Positions 1 through 8,845 of a stretch of 31,469 bases of DNA are shown in pieces. The translations under genes were made by a program, and so were the position numbers. Every line of letters begins with the position of its first letter. The first letter of the stretch is position 1. The stretch comes from Candidatus Hermodarchaeota archaeon (GTDB lineage Archaea; Asgardarchaeota; Hermodarchaeia; Hermodarchaeales; Hermodarchaeaceae). The stretch is from contig JAEOUH010000039.1 of assembly GCA_016839365.1 (NCBI GenBank), positions 1-31,469 on the forward strand, in the 5' to 3' direction. The notes under the pieces are model-generated. The model had not been told where the DNA came from. It saw nothing but the letters and a program-made list of their open reading frames with translations, and made no database searches.

Positions 1-525
1 ACCGCTGATGTTGAATGCCATGAAAACGACTTCACCAGGCCATGACTTTTCTTCCATTGGCCAGTAATATCTCCAACCGGCTAGCGGATCATAGTCTTCA
101 ACCAGTATGTAGCCTTTATTTGAGCTGATATTCCCAATCCGGGTGAAGTAGCTTTCATCATGATATAACATGCCCTTATTGATATGGACTGTGTAATCGG
201 AAATGTCATTTCGATTGTTGAATGACCGTGATATATTCCATGTTAATTGTGTAAGACGAGCTGAACCAGCCCCAGAATGACTGATCGGGATATCAGGGGT
301 TTCTACAGGATTGTCGGGAATTGAGGTAGCAGTTGGAGAAGTAAACTCAGGTGTATTCTTTGCGGTGTCTAAAGGGCTGTTGAATATTGAACCTGGAGAG
401 ATTCCGGTTCCCACATCCAGAGCGTTTGTGCGAGGCGATATTGCCTTATTAGAGGGGACAAGGGGAACGAGTGGGAACAGTAGGATTGAGATTACTAACA
501 ATAAGAAGAGCTGTTTTAGCCGCAT
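1..525 (-). CDS. Secreted/cell-surface protein, N-terminal part only (runs off the window start)
   Basis: Manually translated: ATG at 525, open for 175 codons to base 1 (MRLKQLFLLLVISILLFPLVPLVPSNKA...). It has a signal-peptide-like N-terminus, a Pro/Thr/Ser-rich linker and three N-I-S sequons. Not in the ORF track because it is truncated. Confidence 0.75.
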   Translation of the reverse strand, partial: MRLKQLFLLLVISILLFPLVPLVPSNKAISPRTNALDVGTGISPGSIFNSPLDTAKNTPEFTSPTATSIPDNPVETPDIPISHSGAGSARLTQLTWNISRSFNNRNDISDYTVHINKGMLYHDESYFTRIGNISSNKGYILVEDYDPLAGWRYYWPMEEKSWPGEVVFMAFNISG

Positions 526-586
526 GATATCCACCCTAAGATTGGAGGGTTGCCTTTGTAGCCGCATGTGTGCTAGACACAAACTC

Positions 587-610
587 TGAAGAGGGCTAGC
601 CACCTCTTCA
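587..610. promoter_or_regulatory. Inverted repeat TGAAGAGG-N8-CCTCTTCA in a divergent intergenic region
   Basis: Perfect 8-bp arms seen directly; function (operator or hairpin) is inferred. Confidence 0.3.
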
Positions 611-764
611 AAGTCTACCTAGTGCCCGCGAAATACGCGTTCTTAAGTATTTGTCTAGATGGCGGATGATAATAAACCCGTTAAGGAGTTAACAAACCGA
701 CTGAGCGTAGCCTATAAGGGATTGAAAGGCAAAGTGTACCCATTCCAATACTGTGGAGTGAATC

Positions 765-1385
765 TTGATGCAACAGTTTTACAAGTTCATTGCGAGCCGA
801 CGGAGCATTCGTGAATTGAAGGAAAAGCCCGTTGCTTTGGCTCAGCTTAACCGCGTTCTCAAAGCAGCCCTATGGGCACCTTCGGCGCATAATGCCCAGC
901 CTTGGCGGTTCTTCGTGTTACAATCTATGAAGATAAAGGCGAAACTAGCCGAAGCAATGGGAGATGTGTTGCGACAAGATTTGACAGCAGATGGAGAAGC
1001 ACTAATGAAGATAGATGAATTAGTAACCACCTCGATCACACGGTTTACAAGCGCTCCGGTTCTCATCATCGTGTGTCTTACGATGGAACCGATGGATGTT
1101 TATCCTGATAATAAACGTCAGCGTGCAGAATACACAATGGCAGTTCAAAGTGTTGCAGCCGCTATACAGACGCTTCTTCTTGCCGCGCACGCAGAAGGGT
1201 TAGCAGGATGTTGGTTTTGTGCCCCGTTATTTTGCCCAGATACCGTGCAACAAATACTAGGATTACCTGAGACCATCATTCCACAGGCCCTTGTTACTTT
1301 GGGATATGCTGATGAAACACCGGATCCATTATCAAGGCAACCTTTTGAGAAGCTTGTTTCTTTCGTCAAAGGAGAAGGAGATTGA
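765..1385 (+). CDS. Nitroreductase-family protein, FbiB C-terminal-domain/FbiE-like (candidate dehydro-F420-0 reductase)
   Basis: Motifs RRSIR, APSAHNAQPWRF, DLTADG, YPD..R..AEYTM, GLAGCW and LGYADE resemble the FbiB C-terminal domain. It lies immediately upstream of cofD. Confidence 0.75.
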   Translation: MMQQFYKFIASRRSIRELKEKPVALAQLNRVLKAALWAPSAHNAQPWRFFVLQSMKIKAKLAEAMGDVLRQDLTADGEALMKIDELVTTSITRFTSAPVLIIVCLTMEPMDVYPDNKRQRAEYTMAVQSVAAAIQTLLLAAHAEGLAGCWFCAPLFCPDTVQQILGLPETIIPQALVTLGYADETPDPLSRQPFEKLVSFVKGEGD

Positions 1386-1389
1386 GTTT

Positions 1390-2337
1390 ATGTCAGTGGT
1401 AGCGTTAGCGGGTGGCGTAGGTGCGGCACGCTTTCTAGAAGGACTTGTTCAGGTGGTACCTCCAGAAGAACTCACTGTTATCGTGAATACCGGCGATGAT
1501 ATGGCAAATTTCATGGGGTTGTATATTTCTCCCGATGTGGATATCGTCACATACACCCTTGCTGGTATTGTGGATCATAAGAAAGGCTGGGGAATAGAAG
1601 GGGATACATTTCATGCGTTACAGGCGCTTCAAAAGTTAGGATTTGATACCTGGTTTTCGCTAGGCGATCAAGATCTAGGCACCCATCTTGCGCGGACAGC
1701 GATGTTGCAGCAAGGGTGGTCGCTTTCAAAAGCAACTCAGGCAATTAGTGAATTGCTGGGAGTCCGTTGCCGTATTATCCCCATGACGGAGCAGTGGGTG
1801 CCAACGCGGATTGTGACAGATGTCGGGTTAATCCATTTCGAAGAGTACCTGGTGAAGCGAAAAGCACAAGATGCAGTTGAGGATGTGCTTTTCGATGGCA
1901 TCGATAGAACCGTACCAAGTCCTGGTGTTCTTGATGCACTAGAACAAGCTGAGACTATCGTTGTATGTCCTAGTAACCCCATTGTCAGTATTGGACCCAT
2001 ATTAGCCGTACCCCACATCAAGCCAGGAATCATGAAAGCTGATGCTGTCAAGGTTGCTGTTTCACCAATCATTGGGGGGAAACCGGTGAAAGGTCCGGCA
2101 GACAAATTGATGGAAGGTAAGGGTATCGAAGTGTCAGCTGTGGGAGTGGCACAAATCTACGAAGAGTTTCTCGATATTATGGTGATCGACAAGGAGGATC
2201 AACATCTAACACCCCGCATCGAGGAGTTAGGTATGAGAGTCGTAATTGAACAAACACACATGACATCCATGGCACGTAAAAAGAAGTTAGCGCAAACCGT
2301 TCTAGCGGCAGCAAGAGAGCAGAAACGGAAATCGTAA
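1390..2337 (+). CDS. cofD: 2-phospho-L-lactate (or PEP) transferase, F420 biosynthesis
   Basis: ALAGGVGAARF, VNTGDD, SPDVD, LGDQDLGTH, PSNPIVSIGPI, KGPADKLM. Start placed at ATG 1390 rather than the track's 1291. Confidence 0.95.
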   Translation: MSVVALAGGVGAARFLEGLVQVVPPEELTVIVNTGDDMANFMGLYISPDVDIVTYTLAGIVDHKKGWGIEGDTFHALQALQKLGFDTWFSLGDQDLGTHLARTAMLQQGWSLSKATQAISELLGVRCRIIPMTEQWVPTRIVTDVGLIHFEEYLVKRKAQDAVEDVLFDGIDRTVPSPGVLDALEQAETIVVCPSNPIVSIGPILAVPHIKPGIMKADAVKVAVSPIIGGKPVKGPADKLMEGKGIEVSAVGVAQIYEEFLDIMVIDKEDQHLTPRIEELGMRVVIEQTHMTSMARKKKLAQTVLAAAREQKRKS

Positions 2338-2386
2338 TAAAGTACTTTTATACCGGGGTGCACTGCTGATTCAGGTGGGAGACGCC

Positions 2387-3841
2387 ATGTTACAGGTATA
2401 TAATACGCTTTCACGGAAGAAGGAGCCTTTCAAACCCCTACATGAAGGTGAAGTTCGCATGTATGTCTGCGGGCCCACTGTATATGATTCAGCACATTTA
2501 GGCCATGCGCGCTCAATTGTGGCCTTTGATGTAATCAGGCGTTACCTGGAGTACAAGGGCTATGATATGCGCTTTATTCAAAACTTCACGGATATCGACG
2601 ATAAGATGATAAATCGTGCACAAGAGCAGAATACGACCACGACCAAATTAGCAGCGAAGTATATCCAAGAGTATTTTGAAGATTTTGATAAGCTACATGT
2701 GAAACGTGCCACAGCATACCCGAAGGCTACCGAGCACATCCAAGAGATGATTGCACACATCAACAAATTAATCACGAAAGGGTTTGCCTACGAGGCAAAT
2801 GGCAGCGTGTATTTCCGGGTGTCAAGGTTCAAGCAATATGGCCGCCTATCACGTCGGGACCAGGGGGAGGAGATGCCATTTGAGCAGGAAGATCAGGACG
2901 CTGGAGTGATTGAAGAGAAAGAGCACCCTGAGGATTTTGCGTTATGGAAGGTCATGAAGCCAGGTGAACCGAGTTGGGACTCTCCGTGGGGAAAAGGTCG
3001 CCCAGGCTGGCATATTGAATGTTCGGTTATGTCGACAAAGTATCTAGGCGACCCCATTGACGTTCATGGGGGTGGCCTTGATCTGGTGTTTCCCCATCAT
3101 GAAAACGAGATTGCCCAATCCGAGGCCTTATCGGGTCAACCCTTCGTTCGGTATTGGATGCATAATGGTTTTTTAACGGTGAACCGCGAGAAGATGTCCA
3201 AATCTTTGGGGAACTTTTTCACTATTCAAGAAATTACTGCGAAATATGATCCAGAGATTGTTCGCTTATTCCTCGTTTCATCGCACTATCGTAGCCCGAT
3301 TGATTTCAGTGATGCTCAGCTTGAGGAGGCAAAGGCTCGGTTGGCACGAATTCACAACTCAATCGACCTTATTCAGCGACGGCTGCGCGAAGCCCGGGTG
3401 GAGGAGGCAAAGAATCCGAGGAAGCCATCGGAGGCAGATACGAAGATGTGGGAGGCGCTATCCACTTTCGAACATGAATTTGAGTCAGCTATGGATGATG
3501 ATTTCAATACCCCTGAAGCCCTCGCTAGCCTGAATAAATTCCTGACTACACTGAATACCATGGTAGTAGGGAACCAATCAGTGACTGCCGGAACGTTAGA
3601 AAAAACCTTCATCAGCCTTGATGCTGTTGGCGAAGTCTTGGGGCTATACCGTGAACGGATGGCATCAGGTGCAGCCGATGACCGAACGGTCGACGGATTA
3701 GTGAAGATGCTAATTCGAATCCGGGATCAAGCCCGAAAACAAAAAGATTTCAAAACAGCGGACCAAGTCCGTAATCAACTCAAGGACTTGGGTATTATCT
3801 TAGAAGACGAAAAGACTGGAACTGTATGGAAGTGGGGATGA
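2387..3841 (+). CDS. cysS: Cysteine--tRNA ligase
   Basis: YVCGPTVY, HLGH (HIGH), DFALWK, GRPGWHIECS, HGGGLDLVFPHHENE, KMSKS. ATG at 2387. Confidence 0.97.
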   Translation: MLQVYNTLSRKKEPFKPLHEGEVRMYVCGPTVYDSAHLGHARSIVAFDVIRRYLEYKGYDMRFIQNFTDIDDKMINRAQEQNTTTTKLAAKYIQEYFEDFDKLHVKRATAYPKATEHIQEMIAHINKLITKGFAYEANGSVYFRVSRFKQYGRLSRRDQGEEMPFEQEDQDAGVIEEKEHPEDFALWKVMKPGEPSWDSPWGKGRPGWHIECSVMSTKYLGDPIDVHGGGLDLVFPHHENEIAQSEALSGQPFVRYWMHNGFLTVNREKMSKSLGNFFTIQEITAKYDPEIVRLFLVSSHYRSPIDFSDAQLEEAKARLARIHNSIDLIQRRLREARVEEAKNPRKPSEADTKMWEALSTFEHEFESAMDDDFNTPEALASLNKFLTTLNTMVVGNQSVTAGTLEKTFISLDAVGEVLGLYRERMASGAADDRTVDGLVKMLIRIRDQARKQKDFKTADQVRNQLKDLGIILEDEKTGTVWKWG

Positions 3842-5121
3842 GATTGAAGGCACTAATTCTCGCGGCGGGATATGGCACACGATTACATCCTTTAACTCAG
3901 CAGCGACCAAAGGCCATGATACCGCTCCTTGGTAAACCGATGCTGCACCATGTGATTGATACAGTCCGTGAAGCGGGTATGAAAGACATTGTGTTAGTTG
4001 TGGGTCATTTCCGTGAGCAGATTGAAGCGTATTTCGGTGAAGGAGAAGACCTCGGAATTACTATCAGCTACTCTGAGCAGGCTGAACCGAAAGGAGAATA
4101 CGACGCAGTTCTGGCCGCTGAAGATCGCCTAGCGGATGAGGACCGTTTCCTAATGACTGATTGTGACATCATCACAACAACTGAACGTTTCAAGGCGACA
4201 TTGAAAGCCGCCAAATCTAGTGATATGGCTTTATCGTTATTTGAGGTGCCAAATCCTTGGCAGTTTGGGGTTGTCGCTCTGGAAGGGACTGAAATCACAA
4301 CTATTGTTGAGAAACCCAAGAAAGGAACTGAGCCAAGTAATCTCGCTGTAGCAGGTGTCTACGTTTTCAACAATGCAATCTTTGACATGCTTCGAAAAAC
4401 TCAGGATTTAGAAGTGGGGATTCAGAAACTTATCGACGAAGGGCATACTGTCCATGGAAGCCATTCAAAGGATCCTTGGGTTGACGTTGGACGCACCTGG
4501 AATATCCTCGAAGCTTCTCCAATCCTCTTCGACCGATTGCACCAACAGAAAGGCGATCCCGTCCATCCAACAGCAACCGTTAGTGATTCTGCACATCTCA
4601 GTGGGGACGTGTGGATAGGTCCACAAGCCCGCGTGTTTCCAGGGGCAGCCTTAGTGGGACCCGTTTATATCGGTCCCAATGCCATTGTTGGCAATAACTG
4701 TCTAATTCGTGATCACGTTGTAATCGATCAAGGAGCAAGAGCCGGCTTTTCCTGTGAAGTTCGAAATACCGTTATGTTACCTGAAAGTAGAATTGGTCAC
4801 CTCGCCTTTGTTGGTGATAGCATCCTTGGATTTGATGTGGAGATTGGGGCGAGTGTTGTGTTGGCCAACTACCGATTCGATGGCTCAGAAGTTCAGGTAA
4901 TGCTAGGCGGGCAATTAGTTTCTACGCATACAGACAAATTTGGCGCCGTCATCGGGGACGCATCGAAAATCGGATGTGGTGTCGTTGTATTGCCAGGGCG
5001 AACTATTGGGTATAACTCATGGATTGACCCCTCGATTGTTGTCCAAAGGGATGTGCCCGACAATACGCATGTTAAGCTCAAGCAAACCACAACAGAAGAT
5101 CATCGCCACGCCCCTACCTAA
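3838..5121 (+). CDS. Bifunctional sugar-1-phosphate nucleotidylyltransferase/acetyltransferase (archaeal GlmU-like)
   Basis: LAAGYGTRLHPLT..RPK, VEKP, W.DVGR.W, and a C-terminal hexapeptide left-handed beta-helix. ATGA overlap with the cysS stop. Confidence 0.88.
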   Translation: MRLKALILAAGYGTRLHPLTQQRPKAMIPLLGKPMLHHVIDTVREAGMKDIVLVVGHFREQIEAYFGEGEDLGITISYSEQAEPKGEYDAVLAAEDRLADEDRFLMTDCDIITTTERFKATLKAAKSSDMALSLFEVPNPWQFGVVALEGTEITTIVEKPKKGTEPSNLAVAGVYVFNNAIFDMLRKTQDLEVGIQKLIDEGHTVHGSHSKDPWVDVGRTWNILEASPILFDRLHQQKGDPVHPTATVSDSAHLSGDVWIGPQARVFPGAALVGPVYIGPNAIVGNNCLIRDHVVIDQGARAGFSCEVRNTVMLPESRIGHLAFVGDSILGFDVEIGASVVLANYRFDGSEVQVMLGGQLVSTHTDKFGAVIGDASKIGCGVVVLPGRTIGYNSWIDPSIVVQRDVPDNTHVKLKQTTTEDHRHAPT

Positions 5122-6517
5122 TTTCCCGTTTTAATGTCTCTTGGGCATTTTTGAGAAGGCCCTTCGCCCTTTGCGCTGAAAATGCTTCAACTGTAATGCG
5201 GATGACCGGCTCTGTACCAGACGGCCTGATGAGCACCCAGCTAGAGTCATGGAAACTGGCACGAATACCATCAATTCGATTCACTTCTTCGATGTTCTTC
5301 CATTCTTCGAATACTGATTTGATTGCTTTCATCACAGCCTCTTTTTTCTCGTTAGGACAAGTCACAGATGCCCTTAGTAGATGGGTTGATGGTAGATCAT
5401 CTGCGAGTTGACTCAAGGAGCGGTTTGCCCATTCGAGGAGTTCAAGTATTTTACATGCTGCAAGTGGTCCATCGGGACAATAATGCACCTCTGGAAAGAT
5501 GAACGGCCCAGAGGGTTCGGCACCCATCACGGCTTTATGTTCTTTGACTAGATTGGAAACAAAAACGTCGCCAACTCGGGATCGCTCAACCCGTGCACCG
5601 TGCTGTTTTACAACCTGATCGACGACACTCGAACTTGACACGGTAGTGGCAATGACCTTACCTCCCCGGGTAGCAAGATAGTAATCTGCAACTAATGCCA
5701 AGAGGATATCCCCTGCTAGAACTCGTCCTTTATCATCGACTGCTAACACGCGGTCTGCGTCGCCATCATGGGCAATTCCGACATGCGCTTTGGTTGATGT
5801 GACGATTTCACTGAGATTATCAAGGTGTACGAAATGTTGCCATTCTGCAGCTGCGGCACTTTGTATCTTTGATGGAGGGCAATGCTGTGCATATTCCTGT
5901 CCATCAGGGGGAGTATTAAGAGGTTTGACGCTAGCGTGTAGTTGCTGAAGCGCTGAGGGGGTGACTAAGCTTCCAACACCGAGTGCGCCGTCCATAACAA
6001 CATTGTATGATCGGGTCACCTCGCATGCATTCACTATAGCATCGAGGTGATGCGGAATGGCTTCAAATGAGCTGAAATCAGTGAACTGTTTCCAATCTAC
6101 GGGCTCAGCTTTCATAATCCGCTTTTCGAGTTCTTCCTGTTGGATCGCTGTGAAGCCCGCCCCATCGGGATTGTGGAATTTGAAACCATTGTATTCGGGA
6201 GGATTGTGACTTGCAGTCACAATTATCGATGCGTGCATGCCCTCTTTTCCTGACGCATAGGCAATAGATGGTGTGGGTGCCATCTCGGTTCTTGTGACGG
6301 TAACTCCTCCCTCTAGTAGTCCGGCCATTAACGCTGAAGTCAACATTGGGCCAGTAGTCCGATGATCATGCCCCACCATTATCTGTGGATGCTTCACTAT
6401 AGCACTTAGATAGTCTGCAGTCGCCAGACCAATTCGGATAGCCAATGGACCAGTGATTAACTCATTGACTTTTCCCCGGATACCTGAGCTTCCAAACAAG
6501 GATCGTGTTGAATACAT
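5114..6517 (-). CDS. Alpha-D-phosphohexomutase (GlmM/PMM family), paralog 1
   Basis: FGSSGIRG, TASHNP, DGDADR, GAEPSG, RPSGTEP. Confidence 0.92.
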   Translation of the reverse strand: MYSTRSLFGSSGIRGKVNELITGPLAIRIGLATADYLSAIVKHPQIMVGHDHRTTGPMLTSALMAGLLEGGVTVTRTEMAPTPSIAYASGKEGMHASIIVTASHNPPEYNGFKFHNPDGAGFTAIQQEELEKRIMKAEPVDWKQFTDFSSFEAIPHHLDAIVNACEVTRSYNVVMDGALGVGSLVTPSALQQLHASVKPLNTPPDGQEYAQHCPPSKIQSAAAAEWQHFVHLDNLSEIVTSTKAHVGIAHDGDADRVLAVDDKGRVLAGDILLALVADYYLATRGGKVIATTVSSSSVVDQVVKQHGARVERSRVGDVFVSNLVKEHKAVMGAEPSGPFIFPEVHYCPDGPLAACKILELLEWANRSLSQLADDLPSTHLLRASVTCPNEKKEAVMKAIKSVFEEWKNIEEVNRIDGIRASFHDSSWVLIRPSGTEPVIRITVEAFSAQRAKGLLKNAQETLKREIR

Positions 6518-6544
6518 GATAATTCTCCATTTAATGTTGCTTTA

Positions 6545-7924
6545 TTATGAAGCAGCAGATTTGAGTACATCTTCAATCCAATCAAGCCCTAGTGTAAGGA
6601 GTTCCTGAGCTCGTTTTTCCTGACGCGATTCCGCAAAGCACCGAAAGACCGGTTCTGTACCGGATGGACGGAGAAGCAACCAGCCATCATCGAAAATGAC
6701 TTTGACTCCATCTGCGGTATTGACTTGTACATTGGGATAATCTTTTCTCACCATTTCTAGAGCATACAAGGTAACAGCTTCTTTGAGATTATTAGGGCAA
6801 TCAATTGCGCGTTTTAATTGGGTGTACTTGGGGAATGCATCAATAATCTCACTTAGCGTCTTTTCGGTACGTGCCAAATACTCCAACAAATAAGCGGTAC
6901 CAAGACCACTATCCGAAAGGTAGTTGAGACGAGGGTAGATTATTTTACCAGATTCTTCAAAAGCAAACAGTGCGTTGTGCTTTTTGATGGCAGCCACTAT
7001 CGCTGGTGGTCCAACGCGGCTATACACGATGCGCGCTTTAAATTGCCCAACGACATCTTCAACTAGGTTACTAGAATTGATTGGTGTGACGATGGTGCCT
7101 CCCCCCTCACGGATTAGCTCAATCTGAGCCAGCAGGGTGCCTGAAACATCACCCATGATTGCCCGTCCTTTATCGTCGACAAAGAACGCACGGTCAGCAT
7201 CACCATCAACAGCGACACCCAGATCTGCCCTTTGTTGTTTTACCAACTGAACCGCTTGATCCAAGAGGTTAACTCGTAAATTAGGAGATCGACCAGGAAA
7301 CGTAGGATCCCGTTCGGTGTTAAGCTCGATAACTGTACAACCCAGTTGTTTGATGGCATCTAGCAGCCAGGGGATAGCTGTGCCATTTGCAGCATCAACA
7401 ACTACACGAAAATTTCGTTTGGCAATAAGACCTGCATCCACTTGTGTTACGACCTTGTTTATCCAAAAGGAACCTACATCAGAAGCTTGTCGGAGGCGTC
7501 CATAATTCTGCCAATTCACAGGTGCGGCTTTTGAAATATTGAGCGCTTCGATTTGTTTTTCAACATCACGTGGGACTGGGGCACCATCATGGTCGAGTAC
7601 TTCAATCCCAGACATATGAGCGGGGATATGGCTGCCAGTGATTAAGATTGCCCCTCCCAAATCGCAATGGCGGGGATACAAGCTTACAGCTGGTGTGATG
7701 ACTTCGCCTCCATAATGAGCGTCAGAGCCTCCTGCCATTAATCCACTAACGACAGCGTTTGTCAGCATTGGGCTGCTTGTACGGTTATCGTGGCATACTA
7801 AAAGAGGTGCACCCTTGAAAACCGTGGCGACACTATAGCCGATTTGCCAAGCAACCTCTGGATGCAGTTCATCGGGGACAGAGCCACGAATACCACTAGT
7901 GCCAAAGCAGGGCGTCCATGTCAT
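6545..7924 (-). CDS. Alpha-D-phosphohexomutase family, paralog 2 (atypical phosphoserine loop)
   Basis: FGTSGIRG, TGSHIP, DGDADR, AFEESG, RPSGTEP. Confidence 0.9.
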   Translation of the reverse strand: MTWTPCFGTSGIRGSVPDELHPEVAWQIGYSVATVFKGAPLLVCHDNRTSSPMLTNAVVSGLMAGGSDAHYGGEVITPAVSLYPRHCDLGGAILITGSHIPAHMSGIEVLDHDGAPVPRDVEKQIEALNISKAAPVNWQNYGRLRQASDVGSFWINKVVTQVDAGLIAKRNFRVVVDAANGTAIPWLLDAIKQLGCTVIELNTERDPTFPGRSPNLRVNLLDQAVQLVKQQRADLGVAVDGDADRAFFVDDKGRAIMGDVSGTLLAQIELIREGGGTIVTPINSSNLVEDVVGQFKARIVYSRVGPPAIVAAIKKHNALFAFEESGKIIYPRLNYLSDSGLGTAYLLEYLARTEKTLSEIIDAFPKYTQLKRAIDCPNNLKEAVTLYALEMVRKDYPNVQVNTADGVKVIFDDGWLLLRPSGTEPVFRCFAESRQEKRAQELLTLGLDWIEDVLKSAAS

Positions 7925-8056
7925 TATGAAACCTCATTCAAGAGCTGCGTCTTACATCATATCGCTATGCTTAAAAAGCCCTTTTTATAGCGTGGTTTTT
8001 TCTACAATGCACAAAGCAAAGAAGTTAAATTCGCAGACTACTCTAAGCTTGTTAGG

Positions 8057-8767
8057 ATGCGGGTCGTTAAGTCTGCAGATTCCCTCGGGAATCCTCAATC
8101 AATGGATGAAGACCATCTTGCTGCGGTCATCCGTGAGTTCGGACGCTCAATGCGTGAGGTCACCGGAGGTCTGGATGATGCTATGAATCGGTGGGAATCA
8201 GCCCACCGCGGTTCACTTCGACCCATTCGAGTCATCCTTGGCTCATTATCTAAAATTAATTACCTTCGTAATATTGAGGATCTTGGAAAACTTACTTCTT
8301 TTGAGGGTATCGTCGATAGAGCTATCACAAAGAACATGGGACTCCTCGATAAAGTGCTCCCCAAGTTGTTAGCCCTAGCGTCCGATTTTGAAAGTTCGAT
8401 CAGAAAAATGCGGCTAATGGAAAAACGAGTCTCCGAATTGCAACGTCGTGGAGGCAATCTACTTAGTTCTGAGGGAAGCAACGAACCACGGATTTATCAA
8501 TTGGTTGAAAACGTCGACGCCCTTAGCCGGAAGCTTCGTGAAATAGTGTGCATGTACGAGGATGAATACCTATTTCGATTGAAAACAATCCGGAATATCG
8601 AAGAGCTGTTGGATCCAAAGGAGCTCTATACCGGACTGCTCTTATGGACCATGGAGCCATACCTGGAGGCGGATCGTATCGAAGTGATCCGTAAAGAAAT
8701 CGGAACTCACATTGAAGAGACTCGATCACTTGTGTCCCGCCAAAACATTTCCCCGAATATGTTTTAG
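8057..8767 (+). CDS. All-helical hypothetical protein, candidate C1orf109/CINP (CK2S-family) homolog
   Basis: 236-aa ORF filling the gap between two mutase genes, with an amphipathic helical pattern. By-eye similarity to eukaryotic C1orf109 (N-half) and CINP (C-terminal MY..E...DP......L..W...PY.E.D). The start could be the later Met (MDEDHL). Confidence 0.6.
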   Translation: MRVVKSADSLGNPQSMDEDHLAAVIREFGRSMREVTGGLDDAMNRWESAHRGSLRPIRVILGSLSKINYLRNIEDLGKLTSFEGIVDRAITKNMGLLDKVLPKLLALASDFESSIRKMRLMEKRVSELQRRGGNLLSSEGSNEPRIYQLVENVDALSRKLREIVCMYEDEYLFRLKTIRNIEELLDPKELYTGLLLWTMEPYLEADRIEVIRKEIGTHIEETRSLVSRQNISPNMF

Positions 8768-8845
8768 TTGGATATCGCGGGACTGAACTAGCCCACAGAT
8801 TAATACCTTCGCAGGTAGGTTTGATGATTACAAGAGGAGACTCCG

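Noticed and set aside
311-589. 92-aa + strand ORF
   Set aside because: Shadow of the minus-strand signal-peptide-bearing gene at 1-525.
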